Below, in pieces: positions 8,900-18,894 of a stretch of DNA of 64,000 nt. The notes below the pieces were generated by a model, which saw only the letters and a list, made by a program, of their open reading frames with translations, searched no databases and was not told the DNA's origin. Positions within the stretch are counted from its first letter, which is position 1. Each line of letters starts with the position of its first letter. Source of the DNA: Acidobacteriota bacterium. Lineage in GTDB: Bacteria; Acidobacteriota; UBA6911; RPQK01; JAJDTT01. The position numbers and the translations under genes are program-made. The DNA lies in assembly GCA_965209055.1 (NCBI GenBank), contig OZ242374.1:4416001-4480000 (forward strand). The letters run 5' to 3'.

Positions 8900-8937
8900 C
8901 TAAACTTAAGTTTAGTCTTGTCTAAACTTCAGGTCAA
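8900..8937 (-). promoter_or_regulatory. sigma70 promoter overlapped by DtxR/MntR-like inverted repeats
   Basis: Minus strand TTGACC(8937-8932)-N17-TAAACT(8914-8909); inverted repeat AAGTTTAG-N6-CTAAACTT (8908-8929); perfect palindrome CTAAACTTAAGTTTAG (8900-8915). Confidence 0.75.
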
Positions 8938-9007
8938 CACGTGGGGTGCCGAGTTGCAGTCAAGGAGCGGATCGAGGCCCGGCTGCCGGCGATCGCTGCG
9001 GTGCGGG

Positions 9008-11434
9008 TCAGCTTCCGGGCTCGGTTTCGGAAGCGATCCGATCGTAGATCCGGCGGGCGTGGTCATAGGCCTTGCGTGCCGCGCCCTTCTCCGAATCGCG
9101 GATCTTGCCCTGCTTCATCTTCCAGCATTGATCCACGGCCTGACGGCACCATTCGGCGCTCTTGCGGGAAGCCCGCACCGGCTTGTCTCCCACCAGGACG
9201 AAGATGGGATTGGTATGGGAGCTGGCAAGAACCCGCAGAGCGACCCAACTGGACCGGGTGAGCTCATGATCGAACTCGATCTCGTTCCAGTCGCCATCAG
9301 CCGTCACGACCCGGGTTGCCACGGGCTGACCGTTCACCACCAGTTCCAGGGGCACCTCACGGCTGGTTCCCCTGCGGGCCCGTTCCAGATGCCAATAGGG
9401 AGGCTGAGTCAAGCCCCGGGAGGCAATCAACGCGCCCACGTCATCCTGCCTTTCCGGAAGGTAGGCGGCGACCCGGGCCCGGACCTTCACCCGGCCGGGT
9501 GCGGCCAGCCTGAGTTCACTTCCCTCCGTACCCAGTTCCCGGTCCTGCACCCGAAACCCGATGATGTGCGATCTGCCGTCCGAGACGTAGCTCCGCCCGG
9601 CGCGGATCTGATCCATGTAGCGGTCGAAATCCAACTCCCCTTCCAGCTTCGCGTAGCTGCGAGACATCCCGATTCGGTCATCGTAAATGCAGGGAAAGTC
9701 GGTCTCTCCACTGATGCGGGTCCGAAACCCGGAGTTCAGGGTGTGGTACCAGATGTTGAACTCCCAGGGCAGCGGCGTGTCTCCGGCGGAAATGAAGTCC
9801 ACCGCGTCGTGGGTGACCGACACGATGTACTCATTGGCGCCGATTCCGTCGAACTTGGCCATCACGTAGTTGGGCAGCTCGGTGGTGAATTCCATCGGCT
9901 CCAGGCCCCATCCCGAATGGGAGTAGCCGACGACGGCCCCCTGACCCTGTCCCCACTGCAGGACAGGAAGGGTCCAGCTCGGCCATTGCTGGACCCGGGT
10001 CGTCCCGGGGTAGTCGTCTTCCCGCAGGCGCAGAAGACAGAGATGGCCCGCGTGCGAGGAGGGAAAACCGGAAACCTCCACGTCGTAACGCATCAGGTTG
10101 TTCCGGTTGGAGAGGGAATGCACCCGGCCCTCGAAGAACTCCTTCTGGTGATACCAACACGGTCCCCAGGTCAAGACGCAGGCGATGTTCAAATCTTCGC
10201 CCAGGGCCTGGCGCCACATGTGAAGCGGCTGGACCCCTTCGTCGGGGCTCTCGTAGTGGCTGCACCCGGCGGCATGGACATGGTGGTCGGCGCTGTACCA
10301 GCCCAGGGCCGCCAAATGCGTCCAGCGCTGCAGCCGGAAATCGATCTCCTGCTCTTCGACCCCGGAACGAACGCGGACTCTCCGGTTCTGAACCAGGTAT
10401 TCCGGACCGCGGGTGACGCGAATCTCGTATTCGCCCGCCGGCAGGAAGACATGCTCCCCGTCGGCACGGTAGACCTGAGGGTGGAAGAAAAAATCGGGAT
10501 ATTCTCCGCGGGAGAGCCGCCGCGACGGCAATGGGTAGACCCCCACCAGGCGGCCGACGGGGCCGGGAGTATTGCCGATGCCCCGGGTCCGGTCCCAGGG
10601 ACGCCTCAACGCCAGAGCCAACCGGTAGTCCGAGGGCAGCCGGTTCAGTTCCGGATCCTCGATCACCCGTTCGATGCCGTCGGTGATGACGAACGACGCC
10701 ATGGTGGGAGAACCGTCGTGATCCTTGACCCGGAGCCGGACCTTAACCGCAGGGCGGCAATCGAAGAGGATGTCCACGCTGTTGCGAAAGCCCAGGTCCT
10801 GGGTCCCCTGCCCCACGTGGAATCCGATCTTGGCTTCGCGCAGCCCCTGTTCCCGAGCGTAGATCTGGACGATGGCGTACTCCAGCTTCAGACCCGATAG
10901 GCGGCTGTGCAAGGGACGGCGGCCATAGATGGCCAACTCCAGGAAACGATTGGCCACGTCTCCGTCCGAGAGCACGTTCTCCGGCTTGACCCGCTTGGCT
11001 CCGGTCGACTTGTGAAACAGCGGCAGCGCATTGGGGCTCTCGGCGTGGAGCTGGGCGTTGACGGCCGCGTCGTTTTCTATCTTGACCAGAAAGCTGGACC
11101 ATCCTCCCTGGACCAGGAGGGGAGCCGCCGGTCCGCGAATCACCTTGACCCGGGCCTCGGGGTTGATGGACACCATGGCGAGGCAATACGGATCCAGAAC
11201 GGTCTGGATTTCACGGACCACGGCATCGGAAGGCGCCTGATCCCTCAGGGCCTGGATCCGCTCCCAGTCCCGGCTCTCCAAGCGGCTGCCCAGGAACGAA
11301 AGGGCTTCCCCAAGGCGGACGACCTGAGCCATCAGCGGCTGAGGCTCGACTTCGTCTACCAATGGCAACGCCTGTCCGGGGAGTAGCGAAAGGAAAGAGG
11401 CGGAGAGGACGATCAGCGCCATGGCCTGTTTCAC
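9008..11434 (-). CDS. CehA/McbA family secreted metallohydrolase (PHP-like)
   Basis: Signal peptide, GWYSADHHVHAAGCSHY, YSHSGWG, SGETDFPC, GRSYVSDG. Confidence 0.8.
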   Translation of the reverse strand: MKQAMALIVLSASFLSLLPGQALPLVDEVEPQPLMAQVVRLGEALSFLGSRLESRDWERIQALRDQAPSDAVVREIQTVLDPYCLAMVSINPEARVKVIRGPAAPLLVQGGWSSFLVKIENDAAVNAQLHAESPNALPLFHKSTGAKRVKPENVLSDGDVANRFLELAIYGRRPLHSRLSGLKLEYAIVQIYAREQGLREAKIGFHVGQGTQDLGFRNSVDILFDCRPAVKVRLRVKDHDGSPTMASFVITDGIERVIEDPELNRLPSDYRLALALRRPWDRTRGIGNTPGPVGRLVGVYPLPSRRLSRGEYPDFFFHPQVYRADGEHVFLPAGEYEIRVTRGPEYLVQNRRVRVRSGVEEQEIDFRLQRWTHLAALGWYSADHHVHAAGCSHYESPDEGVQPLHMWRQALGEDLNIACVLTWGPCWYHQKEFFEGRVHSLSNRNNLMRYDVEVSGFPSSHAGHLCLLRLREDDYPGTTRVQQWPSWTLPVLQWGQGQGAVVGYSHSGWGLEPMEFTTELPNYVMAKFDGIGANEYIVSVTHDAVDFISAGDTPLPWEFNIWYHTLNSGFRTRISGETDFPCIYDDRIGMSRSYAKLEGELDFDRYMDQIRAGRSYVSDGRSHIIGFRVQDRELGTEGSELRLAAPGRVKVRARVAAYLPERQDDVGALIASRGLTQPPYWHLERARRGTSREVPLELVVNGQPVATRVVTADGDWNEIEFDHELTRSSWVALRVLASSHTNPIFVLVGDKPVRASRKSAEWCRQAVDQCWKMKQGKIRDSEKGAARKAYDHARRIYDRIASETEPGS

Positions 11435-11627
11435 GGTGGGCCTCCTTTGGTTGAGGATTGCGGTGTCAGGCTACCACAGGCGGCAGGAATGACTCCCGGC
11501 CGTTTCTTGAAATGCCCCTCGGCGGCCGATATTCTTCTGGCGGAACGGCCGGCGGCACCATGCCGCGGGACACGGCGGCAACCGCCGTCCAAGATCCGTC
11601 CAACGCCAGCGAAAGGAGCAACGAGTC

Positions 11628-12521
11628 ATGCCCGATGCAGACCGGCCAGGCGAAGCCAAAAAATTCTACAGGGATATTCCCGCAACCAATAAGCCCTTCT
11701 TTCTGAAGGGATCCAATTCTCTGGACTGGGGAATGCAGAACCGCCTTTCCCGGATCTTCAACCCGGCTTCGGGGCGCACCGTCATGCTGGCCATCGACCA
11801 TGGCTACTTCATGGGTCCCACCACCGGCCTGGAACGGATCGACGTTCGCATCGTCCCCATCCTGGACTACTGCGACGCCCTGATGCTGACCCGGGGAATC
11901 CTTCGCACCACCATCCCCTCCAGCTTCGGCCGTGGGACCGTGCTCCGGGCCAGCGGCGGCCCCAGCATCCTCAAGGAGCTTTCCGACGAGCAACTCGCCC
12001 TGGACATCGAGGACGGTCTCCGGGCCAACGCCGCGGCCCTTGCGGTCCAGGTCTTCATCGGAGGGGAGTACGAGAGCCAATCGGTCCTGAACATGACCCG
12101 GCTCGTCGATCTGGGGAACCGCTATGGAATGCCGGTTCTGGCGGTGACGGCAGTGGGCCACGAGATGGAGCGGAATGCCAAGTATTTCCGGCTCGCCTGC
12201 AGGATGTGCGCGGAGCTGGGGGCTCATATCGTCAAGAGCTACTACATTCCCGACGGTTTCGAGACTGTGACCTCCTCCTGCCCCGTTCCCATGGTCATGG
12301 CCGGCGGCAAGAAGCTGCCGGAGCTGGATGCCCTCACCATGGCCTACAACGCGGTGCAGCAGGGAGCGTCAGGCGTGGATATGGGCCGCAACATCTTCCA
12401 GAGCGACACTCCCATCGCCATGATCCAGGCGATCCGCCAAGTGGTCCACAACCAGTTGAAGCCGAGCCACGCCTACGAGCTGTACCAGGACATGAGAGCC
12501 GAGAGCCTGGCCTCGACCTGA
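11628..12521 (+). CDS. lsrF: LsrF thiolase / class I aldolase (DhnA family)
   Basis: FFLKG[12 protein letters not shown], [47 protein letters not shown]. Confidence 0.9.
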   Translation: MPDADRPGEAKKFYRDIPATNKPFFLKGSNSLDWGMQNRLSRIFNPASGRTVMLAIDHGYFMGPTTGLERIDVRIVPILDYCDALMLTRGILRTTIPSSFGRGTVLRASGGPSILKELSDEQLALDIEDGLRANAAALAVQVFIGGEYESQSVLNMTRLVDLGNRYGMPVLAVTAVGHEMERNAKYFRLACRMCAELGAHIVKSYYIPDGFETVTSSCPVPMVMAGGKKLPELDALTMAYNAVQQGASGVDMGRNIFQSDTPIAMIQAIRQVVHNQLKPSHAYELYQDMRAESLAST

Positions 12522-12635
12522 TTATCGGCCGCCGCCGGGACACGCCCGTTCTCCGCCAGGTTCGGCTTCGACGATCCGATTCCGGCCTGCGGCCGGTGCG
12601 GGCGGGACGGCCCAAAAAACCACGGAACACCGCAA

Positions 12636-14744
12636 ATGAACAGCCGTTGGTCCGACCGGGAGGCCGAGCGGTTCGTCGACCGTTACGCCCGCCGGTGGGG
12701 CCGTGACCTGGCGCTGAGAACCTATACGTCACGCCTCCTGGGAGGGGAGCCCTCTCTCGTCCTTCACGGAGGCGGCAACACCTCGGTCAAGACCGAAATC
12801 ACGAACCTGCTGCAAGACCGGGTCTCCGCCCTCATGGTGAAGGCCTCCGGACACGACCTCGCCCGGATCGAGCCCGAGGGACACACGGGACTGGACCTGA
12901 GCCACCTGATCCGCCTCCGGAATCTGGAGCGGCTCGACGACCGGCAGATGGTGGACGAGTTCATGACCCACCGGCTGGACCCCAGGTCCCGGGTCCCTTC
13001 CATCGAGACCCTGGTGCACGCCTTCCTTCCTTCCAGGTTCGTCGATCACTGTCACGCCGACGCCATTCTGGCGTTGACCAATCAACCCGACGGAGAAGCG
13101 CTGGTCCAGGAAGCTCTCGGCGGCCATGTCCTGATCCTGGACTACTTCGAACCGGGGTTCTCTCTGGCCAAGGCATCGGCCGCCGCGTTTCACCATCATC
13201 CGAACCGGACGGGCATGGTCTGGATGCGGCACGGGCTGCTCACCTGGGGGGAAACGGCCCGGGAGTCTTACGAGGCCACGATCGACCTGGTGAGCCGAGC
13301 CGAAGCCTTCCTGTCACGGAAGGCTTCCCGGTCCCTCACTTTGCGGGTCCACACCTCCCCGGAGACGGCGCAGTCCGCGTGGAACCGCGCGGCGCCGATC
13401 CTGAGAGGTCTTCTGGCGCGGCCGTCGGGGAACCCCGACCAGCCTTGGCAGCGTGTTGTCCTGCTTCCTCTCCTGTCGCGGGAGACGCTGGACCTGGTGG
13501 ACTCCCATGAAGGAAGGTCTCTTGCCGTCACCCCTCCCCTGACGGCCGACCACCTGATCCGAATCAGGAATCTTCCGCTCTGGATCGACCCGCCGGAAAG
13601 CGACGATTCCCAGGTCTGGAGGAAACATGTTCGGAAGGCCCTGAGCGACTACTCCCAGGGCTACCGGGACTTCGTGCAACGCAACCGGATTCCGGGTGCG
13701 GAGACCGGGGCCCCCGGCGACCTGTCGCCTCGCCTCATCCTGATGCCCGGAATCGGAGCCGCCTGTGCCGGCCCCGACGCCGAGGCGGCGGCAATCGCAC
13801 GGGACATTGCCCGGCAGACCTTCATGGTCAAGGCCCGGATTGCCCGCATGGGAGGAACCTACCGGGGACTTGAAGAGTCTCACCTCTACCAGATGGAGCA
13901 CCGCGGGATCCAACAGGCCAAGCTGGCCGGCATTGAGAAACCTTTGCGCAGCCACGTGGCCGTGGTGACGGGCGCGGCGGGAGCCATCGGCTCGGGCATC
14001 AGCCGCGGCCTCCTGAAGGAGGGCTGCCACGTGGCCGTGACCGATCTCCCCGGCGACCGGCTGGAGGGTCTGGCCGCGGAGTTGAACGGCAGGTTCCCCA
14101 ACCGCGTGACGGCCGTCCCGATGGACGTCACCAGTCCTCGGTCCGTCGGCGAAGCCTTCGACTCCATTGTTTTGGAGTGGGGAGGCGTCGACCTCGTCGT
14201 GATCAATGCCGGCGTCGCTCTCGCCGGGTCCCTCGCCGAGATGGACAGCGGGGAGTTTCGCAAATCGGAGAGAGTCAACGTCGAGGGGACGCTCCACCTT
14301 CTCTCCAGAGCCGCCCGGCACTTTCGCCTCCAGGGCACCGGCGGAGACGTGGTCCTGGTCTCCACCAAGAACGTCTTCGCTCCCGGCGCGGGATTCGGCG
14401 CCTACAGCGCCACCAAGGCCGCCTCCCACCAATTGGCTCGCATCGCCAGCCTGGAGCTGGCCGAGATGGGGGTTCGGGTCAACATGGTCGCTCCCGACGC
14501 CGTTTTCTCCGATGGAGCCCGGAGATCGGGCCTGTGGGAACAGGTCGGACCCGACCGGATGCGGGCCCGGGGACTCGACCGGGAAGGACTGGAGGAATAC
14601 TACCGGGAGCGGAACCTCCTGAAGGCCCGGATCACGGCGGAACACGTGGCCCGCGCGGTCCTCTTCTTTGCTTCCCGCCAGACCCCCACCACTGGAGCGA
14701 CCCTGCCGGTGGACGGAGGATTGCCCGACGCCACTCCCAGGTGA
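12636..14744 (+). CDS. bifunctional class II aldolase / short-chain dehydrogenase (RhaEW-like)
   Basis: LVLHGGGNTSVK, PSIETLVHA, HCHAD, then SDR motifs TGAAGAIG, NAG, YSATK. Confidence 0.9.
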   Translation: MNSRWSDREAERFVDRYARRWGRDLALRTYTSRLLGGEPSLVLHGGGNTSVKTEITNLLQDRVSALMVKASGHDLARIEPEGHTGLDLSHLIRLRNLERLDDRQMVDEFMTHRLDPRSRVPSIETLVHAFLPSRFVDHCHADAILALTNQPDGEALVQEALGGHVLILDYFEPGFSLAKASAAAFHHHPNRTGMVWMRHGLLTWGETARESYEATIDLVSRAEAFLSRKASRSLTLRVHTSPETAQSAWNRAAPILRGLLARPSGNPDQPWQRVVLLPLLSRETLDLVDSHEGRSLAVTPPLTADHLIRIRNLPLWIDPPESDDSQVWRKHVRKALSDYSQGYRDFVQRNRIPGAETGAPGDLSPRLILMPGIGAACAGPDAEAAAIARDIARQTFMVKARIARMGGTYRGLEESHLYQMEHRGIQQAKLAGIEKPLRSHVAVVTGAAGAIGSGISRGLLKEGCHVAVTDLPGDRLEGLAAELNGRFPNRVTAVPMDVTSPRSVGEAFDSIVLEWGGVDLVVINAGVALAGSLAEMDSGEFRKSERVNVEGTLHLLSRAARHFRLQGTGGDVVLVSTKNVFAPGAGFGAYSATKAASHQLARIASLELAEMGVRVNMVAPDAVFSDGARRSGLWEQVGPDRMRARGLDREGLEEYYRERNLLKARITAEHVARAVLFFASRQTPTTGATLPVDGGLPDATPR

Positions 14745-14752
14745 TCCCCGGC

Positions 14753-16588
14753 TCACGCATCGAGTCCGGAGAAATCCGGAACCTGAGACACCTCCTCGGC
14801 CTGTGGCTCCAGAGGCAGCGGGCCGCGGGAACGGCTCAAACGGGCCCGAAGCTCGCTGCTGGCTTCCAGATCCGGACCCTCTCCGGCGGACCGGAGCACC
14901 ACGCCATACTCGGCACGCGCCTTTTCGAGGCTCACCTTCCCTTGCCGGACGTCTTCCAGCACGGCCTCGGGGTCCCGGCGCAGGGGATCGCCGTAGCCTC
15001 CGCCTCCGGCCTGGACCAGATGGTAGACATCCCCCTCCTTCATGCGAAGCAGGAACTTGGAAGGCAACGCTCTGGCTTCGCCGGCCGGATTGAGCGTGTT
15101 GCGGGTGGGTGTCCCCGGCCGTCCCCCCTGGTTGCCCCAGGGAAGGAAGCGGGTCCGGTCCGACCGGACCTGCAGCGTCGCTTCCGCAGCCAGCAGCTGA
15201 TACTCGCGGACCATCCCCAGTCCGCCCCGATACCGGCCCGCCCCCCCGGAGTCGGTCACGAATCCATAACGCCGGATCAGGATCGGCTGATCGGCCTCGA
15301 TGGTTTCGACCGGAGTGTTGGCCATGTTGGTGATGGGGGCGGTGACCCCGTCGGCGCCGTCGGCTGAGGGACCGCCGCCTCGAGGCCCGTCATTGTTGAA
15401 TTCGAGATAGACGAACGGCTTCCCGTCCGGGTAGTAACCCCCGATGCTGACGCCCACGTCGCCCCCGCCCCAGGCCGCCGGCACGCGATGGGGCAGCGCC
15501 TTCGCGAAAGCGCCGAAAACGGCGTGGCCGACGCGGAATCCTCCGAGGCCGCGCGCCGCCACCGCCCCGGGGTGGCGCGGATTCACGAAACATCCTTCCG
15601 GCGCCACCACGTGAATCGGTCTGAAAAATCCGGCGTTCGCGTTGATGCCGGGGTCCGTCAAGCACTTGAAGACCGCGTAGACGGTGGACCGGGTGAAGGC
15701 GAAGTTGGGATTGATGGAGCCTCGGGCCTGAGGTGAGGTGCCGGTGAAATCCACCACCATCTCATCGCCTTCCACGGTGATTCGAACCCGTATGGCGATC
15801 GGCTCGGGATCCAGCCCGTCGGTATCGATGTAGTCCTGAAATTCCCAGGAACCGTCGGGCAGCTCCCGGATCTCGGCTCGAGTCAGGCGCTCGGTGTGAT
15901 CGACAATGCCGGCCATGTGCCCCAGAAGCGGATCGAAGCCATACTCCCGGGCCAAGCGGAGCAATTCCTTCTCCCCCTGCGCCAAGGCGGAAATCTGAGA
16001 CCGGAGATCTCCCAGCACCTTGTCCGGCACCCGGACGTTCCGCGCCACGATGCGCCAGACGGAGCGGTTGAGAGAACCGCCCTCGAACAGCTTCAACGGA
16101 GGCAGCCTCAGGCCTTCCTGGTAGATCTCCGTGTTGTCACAGGCGTTCCCTCCGGCCACCCGCCCCCCGATGTCGGTGTGGTGAGCGATCACGCAAACCC
16201 ACGCCAGGAGCCGGTTCTCCAGAAAGACCGGCTTGAAGAGGAAGATGTCGGGGAGATGGCTGGCCCCGTCGTAGGGATCGTTGTTGGCGAAGATGTCTCC
16301 GGGTTGAACGTCGTTTCCGAATTGGCGGCGCACCGCATCCAGGGCCGGTTGCATGGCGCCCATATGGAATGGGAGCGTCAAGCCCTGGGCGACTTGTTGC
16401 CCTTGGGGGTCGAAGATGGCGGTGGAGAAATCCATACCGTCCTTGACCACGGACGACGACGCCGTTCGCACCACCGTCACGGCCATGGTATCGGCGGCGC
16501 TGTAGAGATAATTTTTGACGATCTCCCGGGTCCACGGGTCCGGGGACGTTCCTCGTGCCGATTTCGCACCTGTGCCACTCACCACCAA
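14753..16588 (-). CDS. hydantoinase B / oxoprolinase family protein
   Basis: DFSTAIFD, NDPYDGASHLPD, HHTDIGG, EIYQEGL, GGGGYGDP; TTG start 3 nt after the hydantoinase A stop. Confidence 0.92.
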   Translation of the reverse strand: MVVSGTGAKSARGTSPDPWTREIVKNYLYSAADTMAVTVVRTASSSVVKDGMDFSTAIFDPQGQQVAQGLTLPFHMGAMQPALDAVRRQFGNDVQPGDIFANNDPYDGASHLPDIFLFKPVFLENRLLAWVCVIAHHTDIGGRVAGGNACDNTEIYQEGLRLPPLKLFEGGSLNRSVWRIVARNVRVPDKVLGDLRSQISALAQGEKELLRLAREYGFDPLLGHMAGIVDHTERLTRAEIRELPDGSWEFQDYIDTDGLDPEPIAIRVRITVEGDEMVVDFTGTSPQARGSINPNFAFTRSTVYAVFKCLTDPGINANAGFFRPIHVVAPEGCFVNPRHPGAVAARGLGGFRVGHAVFGAFAKALPHRVPAAWGGGDVGVSIGGYYPDGKPFVYLEFNNDGPRGGGPSADGADGVTAPITNMANTPVETIEADQPILIRRYGFVTDSGGAGRYRGGLGMVREYQLLAAEATLQVRSDRTRFLPWGNQGGRPGTPTRNTLNPAGEARALPSKFLLRMKEGDVYHLVQAGGGGYGDPLRRDPEAVLEDVRQGKVSLEKARAEYGVVLRSAGEGPDLEASSELRARLSRSRGPLPLEPQAEEVSQVPDFSGLDA

Positions 16589-16591
16589 CTG

Positions 16592-18712
16592 TCAAGCCTC
16601 CTTTTCCAGGACGATGTTCAGCCGCTGGTCGAGGCGGGCGCTCCAGCCGCCGGGGACCAGAGTCGTGGAGTCGTATTCCTCGATCAGCGCAGGCCCGCGG
16701 AGGTCCTTCCCTTCCAACTCCGATCTGCCCAGAACCGGAGCTTCGACCCATTCCGATTGCGACGGCCCCTGATAGATCCGCCGGGACCGCACCTTTGGAC
16801 GAAAACCGTCATTGGACAGTGAAAGGGTCTCGGGGACTCGAGTCCCCTCGTCCAGACCGCGGGCCCGGACCCGGAGATTGACGAGTTCCAGTTCGGAGTC
16901 GAGACGATATCCGTAGTTGGCCTCATGCTCCCGGTGAAAGGCGGCCTCCAACGCTTCCAGACCGTCCCGATCCAGGTTCGCACTCTCGAACCCCACTCTC
17001 AAATGCGAGGTCTGCCCCTTGTACTTCAGGTCCGCCTCGGCGGCCAATTGCTGCCGCCCGGCGGCGAACCCTTCCTGCGCCAGGAGGCCGCGGGCCTGTT
17101 CCCTCAGGCGGTCCAGAGTCCGGTTCATGGACGCGAGCCCCAATTCGGAGAGGGACTTCACCTGAGCCTGCACCAAGTGGTGCTCCACGTCCGAGAAGAG
17201 GAGGCCGAAGCAACTGAACACCCCGGGAGACGGAGGGACGATGATCCGGGTCATCTGCAACAACCGCGCCAGACCCGCGGCGTGAAGGGGACCGCCCCCT
17301 CCGAACGCCATGAGCGTAAACCGGCGAGGGTCGCGGCCCCGTTCGCTGGAGACGGCGGCGACGGCCCGGGCCATGTTGGAATTGGCCACCTGATGGACGC
17401 CCCAGGCCGCTTCGACGGCGGAGACTCCGAGCGGAGCCGCCAGCCGGCGCTCCACAACCGCCCGGGCTTGGTCCGCGAAGACCGGAAAATCCCCTCCCAG
17501 CAGGTAGCGGCCGTTAAGAAATCCCAAGACCAGGTTGGCGTCGGTGACCGTGGGCAGATCGCCGCCCTGGCCATAGCAAGCCGGACCGGGAACCGCGCCC
17601 GCGCTGTCGGGCCCGCAGCAGAGCGCCCCGCCTTTGTCCAACCGGGCCACACTGCCGCCGCCGGCGCTCACTTCCGCCAGGTCGATGGAAGGAACCCTCA
17701 GGATATAGCCGGAGCCCTTCAGCAATCGATGCCCGGAACTCATTCCCCCGCCCACTTCGTACTCTCGGGACAGCAGGAGGTTTCCCTCCTCGATGATGGA
17801 GGACTTGGCGGTCGTGCCCCCCATATCCAGGGTCAGGACGTTGGGAAGATCCAGCCTCGCCGCCAGATGATGGGCGCCCACCACGCCGGCCGCGGGTCCC
17901 GACTCGACGCAATGGACGGGCGCCTCGGCAGCCATCCGGACGGACGCCCTGCCGCCGTTGGATTGCATCACCGTCAGGGGGACGCCCACACCCAGGTCTC
18001 GCAGCCCCTCATCCAGGCGCCCCAGGTAGCGGGCCACGATGGGGCGGATGTAGGAGTTGATCACCGTGGTGCTGGTTCGCTCGTACTCGCCGGTTTCGGC
18101 CAGAAGCCGGCTGGAGAGAGACAGGCTGAGTCCGGGAATCCGCTCCTCCAGAATCTCACCGATCCGGATTTCGTGGCGTGGATTGGCGTAGGAGTGAAGG
18201 AGGCAGACCGCCACCGAGCGAATCCCCTCATCCAGCAGCACTTGGGCGGCTTTCTCCACGTCCGATTCCACCAGAGGAATCAGAACCTCGCCCCGGTAGT
18301 CCACCCGCTCCCGGACCTCCAGCCGCAGACGCCGTTCCACCAGCGGGGGAGGCTTGCGGTAGTAGAGATCGTACAGGCGCGGCATCCTGAGACGGGAGAT
18401 CTCCAGAACGTCCCGGAATCCGTCGGTCGTGATCAACGCCGTCTTCACCCCCCGGCCCTCCAGGATGGCGTTTGTGGCCAGGGTGAAGGCGTGGCTCACT
18501 TCGGAGAGACGGCCGGCCGTCAGCTCCAGATCCCGCAGACCCGTGCCGACCGCGTCCAGCACGGCCCGGCTGTAATCGTCGGGCGTGCTCACGATCTTCT
18601 TGACGTGGACGCCTCCCTGCTCCGAGAGGAATACGACATCGGTGAAGGTCCCCCCGATGTCCACTCCCACCCGAAACCAGGGCCTGTCGGATCCGGTGTT
18701 GTGGTCTGGCAT
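16592..18712 (-). CDS. hydantoinase A / oxoprolinase family protein (ATP-binding)
   Basis: GVDIGGTFTD, EYERTSTT, ESGPAAG, DMGGTT, GAVPGPACYG, EEYDSTT. Confidence 0.93.
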   Translation of the reverse strand: MPDHNTGSDRPWFRVGVDIGGTFTDVVFLSEQGGVHVKKIVSTPDDYSRAVLDAVGTGLRDLELTAGRLSEVSHAFTLATNAILEGRGVKTALITTDGFRDVLEISRLRMPRLYDLYYRKPPPLVERRLRLEVRERVDYRGEVLIPLVESDVEKAAQVLLDEGIRSVAVCLLHSYANPRHEIRIGEILEERIPGLSLSLSSRLLAETGEYERTSTTVINSYIRPIVARYLGRLDEGLRDLGVGVPLTVMQSNGGRASVRMAAEAPVHCVESGPAAGVVGAHHLAARLDLPNVLTLDMGGTTAKSSIIEEGNLLLSREYEVGGGMSSGHRLLKGSGYILRVPSIDLAEVSAGGGSVARLDKGGALCCGPDSAGAVPGPACYGQGGDLPTVTDANLVLGFLNGRYLLGGDFPVFADQARAVVERRLAAPLGVSAVEAAWGVHQVANSNMARAVAAVSSERGRDPRRFTLMAFGGGGPLHAAGLARLLQMTRIIVPPSPGVFSCFGLLFSDVEHHLVQAQVKSLSELGLASMNRTLDRLREQARGLLAQEGFAAGRQQLAAEADLKYKGQTSHLRVGFESANLDRDGLEALEAAFHREHEANYGYRLDSELELVNLRVRARGLDEGTRVPETLSLSNDGFRPKVRSRRIYQGPSQSEWVEAPVLGRSELEGKDLRGPALIEEYDSTTLVPGGWSARLDQRLNIVLEKEA

Positions 18713-18734
18713 TTTTCGCTGCGGGCCGGACTAG

Positions 18735-18894
18735 GGAGCCTGCGCGGCAGAAATCAATCTACTGCGAAAGCGTAGAATCGGTCCATATTTCCCCGATTTC
18801 TCGGCGAATAGAACGACTATGCACCTCCAAATCGTGAAAATCTGGTCTCGATTCTCCACTTTCTCGCTACGATCATTTCTGCCGCGCAGACTCC
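18735..18894. mobile_element. MITE-like non-autonomous element (160 bp)
   Basis: 20-bp TIRs GGAG(C/T)CTGCGCGGCAGAAAT with one mismatch (18735-18754 and 18875-18894), flanked by TAG direct repeats; AT-richer interior with no credible ORF. Confidence 0.72.
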
